Source of the DNA: Chloroflexota bacterium
GTDB taxonomy: Bacteria; Chloroflexota; UBA11872
Assembly (NCBI GenBank): GCA_965263175.1
Contig: OZ253587.1
Coordinates: forward strand, 234,579-298,578
DNA length: 64,000 nt
Reading direction: 5' to 3'
Shown here: positions 28,889 through 39,107 of the stretch, piece by piece
Numbering within the stretch: the first letter of the stretch is position 1
How the letters are laid out: each line of letters opens with the position of its first letter
Translations under genes and position numbers: made by a program
Notes under the pieces: model-generated
The model's database searches: none
What the model saw: the letters and a program-made list of their open reading frames with translations, nothing else
Told to the model about the DNA's origin: nothing

Positions 28889-31800
28889 GGCAGGCGTTGC
28901 GGACAATGCGAGGACGGCTCAGTGGCGGCCCAGGACGCCTCGGGGCGCTGGCTGTGCTTGGCCTGCTCGTGGTTGCGGCCGGCATGGGTTGCGTCGGTTA
29001 CGCGACGTCTGATCATCCAGCGGCGATGGAACCGGGAGTTGCTGGGGCCAGTTCGCCGCCCGCCCGCGAGGTCGTCAGCACTGGCAGTTACAGGGCGCAG
29101 GGCCTCGGCGCGGCCGACGCGATCGGTGGTCGAGTCGGCGCGGCGGCCGCGTCGACGGGCCGCGAACCGACGGTGGAAGAACTGTTGGAGGAGGGGTTGG
29201 GTCGAGCCGACGCCTCGCCGGTGCACCTGGCGATCCGGGGGACGCCGGCGGCGGACGCGGTGCGGTGCGCGTGGCGCGGGGTGGCGCGGACGGCGAAGCA
29301 ACGGGAGGCGGCGATCCGGTTCTTGCTGGGGTTGGATTCGGACGATCCGGTGCCGAGCGTGGCGTATCTGGAGACGTTCTTTGCCGTCGCACTGGACACC
29401 TGGAATCCCGAGTATCGGGAAACCTCGAAGGCCCATTTTCTCGGGATCGCACAGGGCGGGGTGTCGACGGAGTACCTGTTCCTGACCTGCTTCGCCGACT
29501 ACACAGTTACCAACTTTCTGCTGGGCAGTGGCACGACGCCGGCGACGGTGACGGTGGCCTACGACCGGCGAGCGCAAGCGCGCTCGTACGACCTGTACGT
29601 GCGGGAGCACGACAGCGGCACCTTCGGCGACGCAGCATTGCCGACGCGGGGCGCGTACGAGGCGTCGCTGCAAGAGCTTGTCGTGGCGGCGGAGGAGGCC
29701 CTGGCGGCCGAGATCGGGGGGCGGGAGGCGGTGGTCTTCCTGGCCCCCATGGGCGCCCACAACGCGATCGGGTTCGAGGCCTGGCAGGCGGTGGCGTCGT
29801 GGGCGGTGACGACGGACGACCAGGGAGTGACGCAGGCGGTGCGCGACGACACGCCGGCGGGCGACCCGGAGCACACCCAGACCCTAGCCAACCTGAGCAG
29901 CCGGATCACGGCGGCGGCCGGGAGCGACGCCTTCGCGGGGCAACGCATCGCCAACGTGAGCGGCTTGCAGCAGAAGTACCGCGATATGGGGGCCTACGGG
30001 GACATCACGCCGGGGGACGGGCAGACGACGACGTTCACGCCGGCCCAGCCGCCGGCGGCGCCGACCTGCGCCAACGGCGTGGCGGTTCCGAACCCCGCCG
30101 CCAACCGGGCGCTGGTGCAGGACTGCGAGGCGCTGCTGGCGGGGCAGGGGACGCTGGCGAGCAAGGCCACGCTGAACTGGAGCCCCGACACGGCGCTGAG
30201 CGGCTGGACCGGCGTCACCACCGGCGGCGCGCCCAGCCGCGTCACCGGCCTCAACCTGGCCGGCCAGCGCCTGACCGGGACGATCCCGCCGGCGCTGGGC
30301 CGGCTGTTCCAGGTGACGACGCTCAACCTCAGTTCCAACCAGTTGACGGGGGATATCCCGGCGGCGCTGGGCTGGCTGGACCACCTGACCGAGCTGCGGC
30401 TGTCCGGGAATACGCTGACCGGCTGTATCCCGCTGGCGCTGCGGTCGGTGGCGACTAACGACCTGGGGGCGCTCAGCCTGCCGTACTGCGAGCCGCCGGC
30501 GTTCGAGGCGGCGAGCTACGCCTTCAGCGTCCCCGAAAACGCGGTGGCGGGCGAGCTGGTGGGGACGGTCAGGGCCACGGACCGCAGCGGCGAGCCGGTG
30601 ACCTACGCGCTCGCCGAGGGCGAGGGGGCCGCGACGTTCGCGATCGACGCGGCGAGCGGGACGATCACGGTGGCGGGGGCGCTGGACCGGGCGGCGACGC
30701 CGAGCTACGCCCTGACGGTGACGGCCACGGACGGCCGCGGAGACGCGGCGACGGCGCCGCTGACGATCACGGTGACGGACCCCGTCCCCCGGCTGCCCGC
30801 GGCGCCCGAGCACCTGGCGGCCACGCCCGAGCCGACGGGGATGGTCCTGCAGTGGGCGGCGGCGCCGGGGGCGCGCGTCTATGGGGTGGACTACCGGGCC
30901 CGGGGGGGCGACCCGCGGTGGATCACGGCGGACGACGCGATCGCCGCCTCGCCCTACACCGTGCAGGGGTTGGGCTGTAGCACGGTCTACGAGTTCCGGG
31001 TGCGCGCGTATGGGGACGGCGTGACCACGACCGCGGGCTGGGGCGCGGCGTCGGCGCCGGTGACGGCCCGGACCGGCGGCTGTCCGCCGCGGTTCAGCGC
31101 CCCGGCCTACGCCTTTGCCGTGGCCGACGACGCGGTCGTGGGAGCGCTGGTGGGGACGGTGGCGGCCACGGCAATCCCGGCCGGGGGCGCGCTGACGTAC
31201 AGGCTCACGGCCGGCAACGCCCTGGGGCATTTCGCCCTGGGGGCGGACAGCGGGCAGATCACGGTGGCGGGCGCGTTGGACGCCGCGGCGACGTCGGCCT
31301 ACGCGCTGACGGTGCGGGCGGACGATGGGCGGGGCGGCGTGGCCACGGCGCCGGTGACGATCGCGGTGAGCGCGGCCGGCGTGCCGCTGCCCGAAGTGAC
31401 GGTGGCCTTTGGGCAGGCGGCGTACACGGTGAGTGAGGCCGCGGCGGAGGGCGTGACCGTGACGCTGACGCTGAGCGCCGTGCCGCTGCGGGAGGTGACG
31501 ATCCCGCTGACCGTCAGCCTCCAGGGCGGGGCGGCGGCGGCGGACACCACGGGCGTGCCAGCCAGCGTGACGTTTGCCGCCGACGCGACGATGGCGAGTT
31601 TTCAGGTGATGGCCGTGGACGACACGCTGGACGATGACGGGGAGAGTCTCCAGCTCGGGTTCGGGGCGCTGCCGTATGCGGTGACGCCGGGCGCGGTGGC
31701 CGTGACCACGGTGACGATCCAGGACGACGACGAGCTGGCGTTCGCGGGGGCGCCGTATGCCTTCACGGTGGCCGAGGACGCGGGCGTGGGCACGGTCGTG

Positions 31801-33036
31801 GGGACCGTGACGGCCACGGGGGCGGCGGAGGGGGCCACCGTCAGCTATGGCCTCACCGCCGGCACCGCCGAGGGCACGTTCGCCCTGGAGGCGGGAACCG
31901 GGCGCCTGACGCTGGCGTGGGCCGTGGATTACGCCACGGCGGCGTCGTACACGCTGACGGTGACGGCGAGCGACGGGACCGGCGGGACGGCGACGGCGGA
32001 CGTGACGATCACGGTGACCGAGGTCGTGCCGCCCGAAGTCACCGTGGCCTTCGGGCAGGCGGCGTACACGGTCAGCGAGAGCGCGACCGACGGCGTGACC
32101 GTGACGCTGACGCTGAGCGCGGCGCCGGAGCGCGCGGTGACGATTCCACTGACCGTCAGCCTGCAGGGCGGGGCGGAGGCGGCGGACTCCACGGGCATCC
32201 CGGCCAGCGTGACGTTTGGGCCGGCGGCGACGGAAGTGAGTTTCCAGGTCATCCCGGTGGACGACACGCTGGACGATGACGGGGAGAGCCTGCAGCTCGG
32301 CTTTGGCGATTTGCCGGCGGGCGTGACCGTAGGCGCGGTGGCCATGACCACGGTGACGATCCAGGATGACGACGAGCCCCCGGTGGTCCCCGGCGTCCGG
32401 TTGTCGACGGAGCGGCTGACGCTGGTGGAGGGCGCCAGCGCGCAGGTGACGGTGCGCTTGACCACGCGCCCGATCTCGCGAGTCCAGGTGCAGTTCCGCA
32501 CCCAGGCCGGCGCCGACGTGCGGATGGATCCGGTGGACCTCTACTTCATCTGGTCGACCTGGGACCAGCCGCAGGCGGTGACGATCACGGCGCTGGCGGA
32601 CGAGGAAGCCGAAGCGGCCGAGACCTACAAGATCAACGCCTGGGTCGTGGACGCCATCGACCCGAACTACATCGGGCTGGGCAAGACCACCGTCTGGACC
32701 ACGGTGACCGACGCCGGGACGCCGACCGCGCTCGCGCGGCCGCCGCCGCCGTATATCCAGAGCGCGTCGGTGGCGGCCACGACCGTCACCCTGACCTTGT
32801 CGGCGCCGCCGGCGGAGGTGGCGCAGTGGCGGATCGAGTATCGCGTGGGCGCGGCCGCGGCCTGGACGCTGGCGGCCGACGTGAGCGCCGCGGGCAGCGC
32901 CGACTATGCGTTCACCGGCGCCGCCGGGACAACCTACGAGTTTCGCGTCCGAGCGTCCGGGGACGGCACGACCTACGCCGCCGAGTGGAGCGACCCCTCA
33001 AACACCGTCACGGCGACAACGGCACCCGAATCGTAG
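28885..33036 (+). CDS. large surface protein with LRR, cadherin, FN3 and Calx-beta-like domains
   Basis: LRRs (LTGDIPAALG), cadherin (YAFSVPENA..G..VGTV.ATD), FN3 (YEFRVRA) and two Calx-beta-like repeats ending TVTIQDDDE. Confidence 0.9.
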   Translation: MRQALRTMRGRLSGGPGRLGALAVLGLLVVAAGMGCVGYATSDHPAAMEPGVAGASSPPAREVVSTGSYRAQGLGAADAIGGRVGAAAASTGREPTVEELLEEGLGRADASPVHLAIRGTPAADAVRCAWRGVARTAKQREAAIRFLLGLDSDDPVPSVAYLETFFAVALDTWNPEYRETSKAHFLGIAQGGVSTEYLFLTCFADYTVTNFLLGSGTTPATVTVAYDRRAQARSYDLYVREHDSGTFGDAALPTRGAYEASLQELVVAAEEALAAEIGGREAVVFLAPMGAHNAIGFEAWQAVASWAVTTDDQGVTQAVRDDTPAGDPEHTQTLANLSSRITAAAGSDAFAGQRIANVSGLQQKYRDMGAYGDITPGDGQTTTFTPAQPPAAPTCANGVAVPNPAANRALVQDCEALLAGQGTLASKATLNWSPDTALSGWTGVTTGGAPSRVTGLNLAGQRLTGTIPPALGRLFQVTTLNLSSNQLTGDIPAALGWLDHLTELRLSGNTLTGCIPLALRSVATNDLGALSLPYCEPPAFEAASYAFSVPENAVAGELVGTVRATDRSGEPVTYALAEGEGAATFAIDAASGTITVAGALDRAATPSYALTVTATDGRGDAATAPLTITVTDPVPRLPAAPEHLAATPEPTGMVLQWAAAPGARVYGVDYRARGGDPRWITADDAIAASPYTVQGLGCSTVYEFRVRAYGDGVTTTAGWGAASAPVTARTGGCPPRFSAPAYAFAVADDAVVGALVGTVAATAIPAGGALTYRLTAGNALGHFALGADSGQITVAGALDAAATSAYALTVRADDGRGGVATAPVTIAVSAAGVPLPEVTVAFGQAAYTVSEAAAEGVTVTLTLSAVPLREVTIPLTVSLQGGAAAADTTGVPASVTFAADATMASFQVMAVDDTLDDDGESLQLGFGALPYAVTPGAVAVTTVTIQDDDELAFAGAPYAFTVAEDAGVGTVVGTVTATGAAEGATVSYGLTAGTAEGTFALEAGTGRLTLAWAVDYATAASYTLTVTASDGTGGTATADVTITVTEVVPPEVTVAFGQAAYTVSESATDGVTVTLTLSAAPERAVTIPLTVSLQGGAEAADSTGIPASVTFGPAATEVSFQVIPVDDTLDDDGESLQLGFGDLPAGVTVGAVAMTTVTIQDDDEPPVVPGVRLSTERLTLVEGASAQVTVRLTTRPISRVQVQFRTQAGADVRMDPVDLYFIWSTWDQPQAVTITALADEEAEAAETYKINAWVVDAIDPNYIGLGKTTVWTTVTDAGTPTALARPPPPYIQSASVAATTVTLTLSAPPAEVAQWRIEYRVGAAAAWTLAADVSAAGSADYAFTGAAGTTYEFRVRASGDGTTYAAEWSDPSNTVTATTAPES
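31390..32376 (+). repeat. internal ~345-bp direct repeat (31390-31734 and 32032-32376)
   Basis: Both copies encode PEVTVAFGQAAYTVSE...VDDTLDDDGESLQLGFG...TVTIQDDDE. Confidence 0.85.
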
Positions 33037-33062
33037 GGGCGCGGCCGGCGGGTGCGGCTGCT

Positions 33063-33314
33063 GGTAGTGGGTCATTTTGATCGTATCCCTCTCCACGAAG
33101 CGAGCTGTCATCTTTTCCCTTCTCCTGGGAGACCTTTACGTAATCCGGGGGACTGTTGCCCGGAAGACCCTCACCCCAACCCTCTCCCACAGGGAGAGGG
33201 AGCAAGAGCGGCCCGCACCTTCGCGGACGAAGGGCGTTGTGCAAAGGTCTCTCCTGGGGGAGAGGGTGAGGGTGAGGGGTCTTCGCGGCTCGCAACTCAA
33301 AGTGACCCACTACC
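33063..33314. mobile_element. IS1-type MITE with a nested second MITE
   Basis: TIR GGTAGTGGGTCA(T/C)TTTGA and 8-bp TSD CGGCTGCT (33055-33062 and 33315-33322). Confidence 0.88.
33129..33251. mobile_element. 123-bp MITE with GAGACCTTT ends (IS5-like)
   Basis: GAGACCTTT...AAAGGTCTC flanked by TCCTGG direct repeats; a related copy is at 53152-53274. Confidence 0.75.
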
Positions 33315-33615
33315 CGGCTGCTGGCGCTGGCGGTCACCGTCGCGCGTGGTGGTTGGCTGTCGTGACTATGACCCGGGCGGCTGCGTTGATCCGCACATCG
33401 ACGATCGCCCTAGCTCCTGGTCCAGTTCCAGCAGCGCGGCCACCACGCCGGGCCCGTAATTCCGCGAGCGCCATGGGGCGCTCACCCTGGACCCGCGCGA
33501 CGCTTGGCGGCCAGTCAGTGGGAGGACCGGCTGGTGGACGTCGAACTGCTAGCCAGCCTCACCGAGGCGTGGTGATTGGCCGCGGTGCGCGTCTGGGTGC
33601 CAAGATGACGGCCCG

Positions 33616-34782
33616 ATGAGTGCTCCCGTCACAACCGAACGCGAGGCCGCCGAGCTATTGAGCCGGCTGGTCGCGACGCCCAGCGTGACGCCGGGCGTCG
33701 AGGACGGCACCGGCGAGGGGGCCATGGGCGATCTGGTCGAGGACTTCGCCCGTTCGATAGGCGCTCGGGTGATTCGACAAGAGGTCTATCCCGGGCGAGA
33801 CAACGTGATCTGCACCATCGCGCCCGACGCGCCCGGTCCGCACCTGCTGCTGGAAGCGCACATGGACACCGTGGCGCTTGGCCCCATGACCGACGGGCAC
33901 CGGCCGCGCATGGACGCCGAGGGCCGGCTGCACGGCCGGGGCGCCTGCGACACCAAGGGGTCGCTGGCGGCCATGCTGCTGGCGCTCCAGTGGGCCGCCG
34001 GTGTCTCCGATCCGGCCGGGCCGCTCACCGTAGCCGCGGCCGTGGATGAGGAAACCGGCAGCGCCGGCGCCAAGGCGCTGCCCGCGTCCGGGCTGCGCGT
34101 GGATGGCGCCATCGTGGGCGAGCCGACCAGTTTGGAGGTGGTTCGTTCACACCGGGGCGGCCGCTATTGGCAGCTCATCACCCACGGCACGGCGGCCCAC
34201 AGCTCAACGCCCGAACTCGGCGACAACGCCATCCTCCGCATGGCCGACGTTTTGCACGTCCTCCGTGAAGAATTCGGCCGGCGCCTGGCCGGGCGCACGC
34301 ACCCGCTGGTCGGTGGCTCGTCCTTTTCAGTTGGCATCATCAAGGCCGGGACCTCGTTCAACATGGTTCCCGACCGCTGCGAAGCCATCATCGAGCGGCG
34401 GCAGATCCCCGGTGAATCAGTGGCTGACGTGGAATCGGAACTCGACGAGGTCCTGGAGATCGCGCGCCGCCGTCATCCGGACTTGCGCGTTGAAGTGCTG
34501 TCACCGGTGGTGTTTGGCGATGTGCTCGACACGCCGGCCGACGCGCCGATCGTGCAGGTGCTTCGCGACGCCGTGATGGACGTGTGCGGTGAGGCAAACG
34601 TGATCGGCGTGTCCTACGGGTCGGACGCCGCCACGCTGGCGGCCGCCGGAATCCCCAGCGTGCTGTGCGGGCCGGGGGACATCGCCTACGCGCACAGCGC
34701 CGACGAGTTCGTTCCCATTGCGGAAGTCGTGCAGGCGGCGGCCATCTACGCGCGCGCCTGGGAACGCTTCACCGCCGCCTGA
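33616..34782 (+). CDS. M20 metallopeptidase (ArgE/DapE-like)
   Basis: AHMDTV, GRGACDTKG, DEE, GEPT, AHSS and AHSADE. Confidence 0.93.
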   Translation: MSAPVTTEREAAELLSRLVATPSVTPGVEDGTGEGAMGDLVEDFARSIGARVIRQEVYPGRDNVICTIAPDAPGPHLLLEAHMDTVALGPMTDGHRPRMDAEGRLHGRGACDTKGSLAAMLLALQWAAGVSDPAGPLTVAAAVDEETGSAGAKALPASGLRVDGAIVGEPTSLEVVRSHRGGRYWQLITHGTAAHSSTPELGDNAILRMADVLHVLREEFGRRLAGRTHPLVGGSSFSVGIIKAGTSFNMVPDRCEAIIERRQIPGESVADVESELDEVLEIARRRHPDLRVEVLSPVVFGDVLDTPADAPIVQVLRDAVMDVCGEANVIGVSYGSDAATLAAAGIPSVLCGPGDIAYAHSADEFVPIAEVVQAAAIYARAWERFTAA

Positions 34783-36227
34783 TGCCGCGGCCGGCCGCCA
34801 CACGGCGTCCGAACATTGTCCTGGTCATCACCGACCAGCAGCGCTACGACACGATTGCCGCGCTCGGGCACCCCCATGTGGACACGCCGAACCTGGACCG
34901 GCTGGTGCGCGAAGGCGTGAGCTTCGACCAGTGTCACGTCACGGCCGCGTCCTGCGTGCCGGCCCGCGCAAGCCTCTTCAACGGCTTGTATCCCCACACG
35001 ACCGGGGTACTGCGCAACGGCTGCGAGTGGCGGCGGTCCTGGGTCGAGCAGCTGGCCGCTTCGGGATACCACTGCGTGAACGTCGGCAAGATGCACACCA
35101 TCCCGTTCGAGACGCCGCTGGGGTTTCACGAGCGCTACGTCGTCGAGAACAAAGACGGGTTTCTGGAGGGCCGCTACTACTTCGACGAGTGGGACAAAGC
35201 CCTGGCGGCGCGGGGCCTGGTCAAGCAGCAGCGCGAGCTCTATCGGCAGCGGCCGGACTACCGCGAGGCCATGGGCGCCTTCACCTGGGAGCTGCCCGCT
35301 GACATGCACAGCGACAACTTTGTCGGCGGTATGGCGTGCTGGTGGCTGGATACCTATCCCGCCACGCAGCCGTTGTTTCTTGAAGTGGGATTTCCAGGGC
35401 CGCATCCGCCCTACGACCCCACGCCCGAAGCGCTGGCGCCGTACCTGGAGCGCAATCTGCCAATACGTCCGGTCTCGCAGTCGGACCTGGACGGCCAGCC
35501 TGAGGCGCTGCGGGTCATGCGTGAGCACGACACCGAGGTCGACCACGACTCGGTAGTGCACATCGTTGATCCACCGCTCGAGCTGAGGCGGAGGCAGCGG
35601 GCGCACTATCTGGCCAACGTGACAATGATCGACGAACAGGTCGGCGCGCTGATGGACGCCCTGGAGCGCAACGGCTACGCCGAGGACTGCGTGGTGATCT
35701 TCACCTCCGACCACGGGGACTGCCTGGGCGACCACGGCCACATCCAGAAATGGACCATGTACGACGCGATCACCCGGGTGCCGTGCATTGCCTGGTCGCC
35801 AAGTCGGTTTGCCGGCGGGCGGCGGATCGATGACCTGGTCCAGTGGTTCGACCTGGGGCCGACCATCCTGGAACTCGCCGGCTGCGAGCCGGCCCCCAAC
35901 ATGGAGGCCCGCTCGCTCCTGCCCGCGCTGGAAGGCGGCTGCCCGCCGGAACGCGAGTACGTCTTCACCGAGCAGGGTCGGGACGACGGTAGCGGCCTGC
36001 ACGTGGACCTGGTAACCGCGATCCGCAGCCGAACCTGGAAGCTCGTGCATTTCCTGGGCGTGGACGAGGGGCAGCTCTTTGACCTAGAGGCCGACCCGCA
36101 CGAAGAACGCAATTTGTGGAACGACCCCAACGCCGCGCCGATTCGCCGCGAACTCCTGGATGCCCTCTGCGACTGGCGGCTGGCCAGTGGGGTCGCCAGC
36201 GCCAACTGGGCCGCGGACGCGCGGTAG
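34782..36227 (+). CDS. sulfatase (FGly-type)
   Basis: RPNIVLVITDQQR, CVPAR (CxPxR), GKMH and FTSDHG. Confidence 0.95.
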   Translation: MPRPAATRRPNIVLVITDQQRYDTIAALGHPHVDTPNLDRLVREGVSFDQCHVTAASCVPARASLFNGLYPHTTGVLRNGCEWRRSWVEQLAASGYHCVNVGKMHTIPFETPLGFHERYVVENKDGFLEGRYYFDEWDKALAARGLVKQQRELYRQRPDYREAMGAFTWELPADMHSDNFVGGMACWWLDTYPATQPLFLEVGFPGPHPPYDPTPEALAPYLERNLPIRPVSQSDLDGQPEALRVMREHDTEVDHDSVVHIVDPPLELRRRQRAHYLANVTMIDEQVGALMDALERNGYAEDCVVIFTSDHGDCLGDHGHIQKWTMYDAITRVPCIAWSPSRFAGGRRIDDLVQWFDLGPTILELAGCEPAPNMEARSLLPALEGGCPPEREYVFTEQGRDDGSGLHVDLVTAIRSRTWKLVHFLGVDEGQLFDLEADPHEERNLWNDPNAAPIRRELLDALCDWRLASGVASANWAADAR

Positions 36228-36264
36228 TCTGACCACAAAGGCCCCGGCCACTAGACTGCGGGCT

Positions 36265-36762
36265 ATGAAACCGTCCGAATTGCCAATCACCATCCGCGGC
36301 TACGAGTCGCGCGACCAGGCCCGCATCCGCGAGTTGACCCTGGAAGGCTTCGACGGCGTGAGCATCGACCAGAACGCCGACCGCCTGCTGGGTTTGGACA
36401 CGCCGCCCCTGTGGCGGACGCGCAAGTGGGTGGGCGTGCAGGCGGAGTTGGAGGCCTCCCCGTGTGACCACTTCGTGGCCGTGCTGGACGGCGAAGTCAT
36501 CGGCTACATCACCACCCGTCCCCAACCGGACGCGGGTATTGGCCTCATTCCCAACATGGCCGTGGACGCCCGCTATCGGCGGCGCGGCGTGGCCTCACGC
36601 CTCATCGAGCGAGCGCTCGACCATCTGCGAGCCTGTGGCATGCGCGTTGCCAAGATCGAGACGCTGGTGCAGAACGCCCAGGGGCAAACGCTCTATCCAC
36701 GCTTCGGCTTCCAGGAAGTGGCCCACCAGATCCACTACGTGCGGCGGCTGGACGACGACTAA
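36265..36762 (+). CDS. GNAT N-acetyltransferase
   Basis: AVDARYRRRGVA and LYPRFGF. Confidence 0.9.
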   Translation: MKPSELPITIRGYESRDQARIRELTLEGFDGVSIDQNADRLLGLDTPPLWRTRKWVGVQAELEASPCDHFVAVLDGEVIGYITTRPQPDAGIGLIPNMAVDARYRRRGVASRLIERALDHLRACGMRVAKIETLVQNAQGQTLYPRFGFQEVAHQIHYVRRLDDD

Positions 36763-36777
36763 GCGGGAGCTAGTCCA

Positions 36778-37785
36778 CTAGCGCCAGTCGAACAGGCAGC
36801 CCACCAGGGACGGCTCGAAGTCGAACAGCAGGTCGTAGACCGTCTTGAACTCGCTGCCCTTGACCCGGTGCGTGATCAGCGGGTCCAAGGTGATCCGTCC
36901 CGCCGCAGCCATCCGCATCGCGACCGCCACGTCGCGTCGCGCGGACCAGAGCACCGGCAGTGCGTTGAGCAGCGGGTTGTCGCCGGCGTCAGGCTGACGG
37001 ATCGAGTCGTGCGCGCCGATGATCGTGAGCCCCTTCTTATGCACGTCGCGGTAGAAATTCACGCTCTCAGTTGACCCGCGGGTGCTGCCGAGCAGCATGA
37101 CCCGCGCCAGGTGGCCGGCCAGGATAAACGCATCGTTGATCGGCGCGGGGAAACCGGTGGACTCGATCACCACCTGCGGCCCTCCGGTGTGACCGACAGC
37201 CAGGGCGGCGCGCTCCTCGTCGGAGGTTGGATCCATGGATTCGAGCCACGGCACGGCTTCCGCCATGGCCCGCCGCGAGGGATCCAGATCGGCCACCAGC
37301 ACGCGACCCGCACCCGCCACGTAGGCCCACTGCGCGGCCATCTGCCCGATCAAGCCGCCGCCGATCACCAGTACGGTCTCGCCAAGCTCGACCCGCGCCT
37401 TGCGCACGGCCTGCATGGTGATCCGCAGCAGGGTGTGGAAGGCTGCCTCCTGGTCGACCACGTCATCGTCAACCGAAAACACGTCGTGTACCGGGGCCAG
37501 GTCGGCCGTGCCGTGCCGACCCTTGGTCAGCACGCGCGTGCCAGGGGCCAAATCCACGCCGGGGCCCGCCGCGACAACCTCGCCCACCGCGCTGTAGCCC
37601 ATGTTGCGCGGCCAGACGCTGGCGGGCGTGTTCGGCAACGCCAGCAGCGAGGCCCGCTCGGTGCCAGGCGACATGGCCGTGACGTGGTGGCGCACCAGGA
37701 CCTCGCCGGGGCCCGGGTCGCCAAGCTCAATCGTCTCCATTTGAATCGTCTCGACCGAGTGACTGACTAGGACTTGCGCTTGCAT
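36778..37785 (-). CDS. MDR/zinc-binding-type alcohol dehydrogenase
   Basis: SPGTE, GYSAVGEV and GGGLIG. Confidence 0.88.
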   Translation of the reverse strand: MQAQVLVSHSVETIQMETIELGDPGPGEVLVRHHVTAMSPGTERASLLALPNTPASVWPRNMGYSAVGEVVAAGPGVDLAPGTRVLTKGRHGTADLAPVHDVFSVDDDVVDQEAAFHTLLRITMQAVRKARVELGETVLVIGGGLIGQMAAQWAYVAGAGRVLVADLDPSRRAMAEAVPWLESMDPTSDEERAALAVGHTGGPQVVIESTGFPAPINDAFILAGHLARVMLLGSTRGSTESVNFYRDVHKKGLTIIGAHDSIRQPDAGDNPLLNALPVLWSARRDVAVAMRMAAAGRITLDPLITHRVKGSEFKTVYDLLFDFEPSLVGCLFDWR

Positions 37786-37884
37786 GCGACCGGCCGCCTT
37801 CAGCTGCCATCCGAGCATTGGCAGCCTGCCACAGCCGCTCGCGGCGCGTACGATGCAGGCTCCCGGCGCTTACGTGGAGCATTC

Positions 37885-39027
37885 ATGCAGATCACCAAAG
37901 TCGAACCGATGCTCTTGGATCAATACCTGCTGGTGCAGGTGCATACGGACAACGGGCTGGTGGGCCTGGGCGAATCCGGATCCTGGGGATTCCTGGAAGC
38001 CTCCGCCGCCGCCATCGAGAAAATGGGCCGCTACCTGGTGGGCGAGGACCCGCTGCGGATCGAGCACCACTGGCAGTACATGTACCGCTGGAGTCACTTC
38101 CGCGGCGCGGCGGTGATGGGTGCGCTCAGTGCCATTGACATCGCGCTCTGGGACATCGCCGGGAAGCACTTCGAGGTCCCCGTGTACCAACTGCTGGGCG
38201 GTCGCGTGCGCGACCGCTGCCGCGTCTACTACCACGTCCTTGGCGACACCCGGGAAGCTCTGGTGCAAGGTGTGGCCGACGCGCGCGCTCAGGGCTACAC
38301 GGCCGTCGGCCACCTCACGCCCTTCCTGGACGAGGAACGGGACGTGACCTACTTCAAGACGCACGTGGACAAGATTGAGGACGCGACCGAAGCCGTGCGG
38401 CTCTACCGCGAAGCCGCCGGCAACGAGGTGGACCTGTGCGTCGAAATCCACCGCCGCATGACGCCCACCGAGGCCGTCCAGCTGGGGCGAGCGATCGAGA
38501 AGTTCACCCCCTACTTCTTCGAGGATCCGGTCACGCCCGACAACCTGGACGAGATGGCCTACGTTGCCTCCAAGATCAACATTCCCATCGCCACCGGCGA
38601 GCGTTACAGCTCCCTCTGGGAGTTCGACATGGCCCTGCGGCGCGATGCGGTGCAATACGTGCGGCCCGACGTGTGCATGGTCGGCGGCATCACAGGTAGC
38701 AAGAAAGTCGCCGCGCTGGCGGAGGCGCGTCACGTGGGCGTGGTGCCGCACAACCCGCTCAGCCCGGTCAGCACGGCGGCCTGCCTGCAGGTGGCAGCCG
38801 CGGTGCCCAACTTCGCGCTCCAGGAGTTGCCGCTCGGCGAGACGGTGCCGCCCAAGAGCGCCATGGTCGAGGGCATCCACCCGCACGACGGCGAGGGCTA
38901 CATCCGCCTCACCGACCGCCCCGGCATCGGCGTCACCCTCAAACCCGACGCCGCCCAGAACGCTCCCTATAAGCCCCGGGAAATCCACACCCGCCTGGGC
39001 GCCGACGGGGCGGTGGTGGATCAGTAG
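37885..39027 (+). CDS. mandelate racemase/galactonate dehydratase-like enolase
   Basis: SAIDIALWDIAGK, FEDP, ATGER, VPHNPLSP and DGAVVDQ. Confidence 0.92.
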   Translation: MQITKVEPMLLDQYLLVQVHTDNGLVGLGESGSWGFLEASAAAIEKMGRYLVGEDPLRIEHHWQYMYRWSHFRGAAVMGALSAIDIALWDIAGKHFEVPVYQLLGGRVRDRCRVYYHVLGDTREALVQGVADARAQGYTAVGHLTPFLDEERDVTYFKTHVDKIEDATEAVRLYREAAGNEVDLCVEIHRRMTPTEAVQLGRAIEKFTPYFFEDPVTPDNLDEMAYVASKINIPIATGERYSSLWEFDMALRRDAVQYVRPDVCMVGGITGSKKVAALAEARHVGVVPHNPLSPVSTAACLQVAAAVPNFALQELPLGETVPPKSAMVEGIHPHDGEGYIRLTDRPGIGVTLKPDAAQNAPYKPREIHTRLGADGAVVDQ

Positions 39028-39107
39028 GGGGCGGCGTCATAAGGAGTTGATCCCCTTGGGTGCTGCGCCGCTGTCGAAATTGATTCGGCAGGCGTAAGAT
39101 CAGGGCA

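Noticed and set aside
22706-29888. DGR template/variable repeat pair
   Set aside because: No reverse transcriptase in the window, and mismatches are not confined to adenines.
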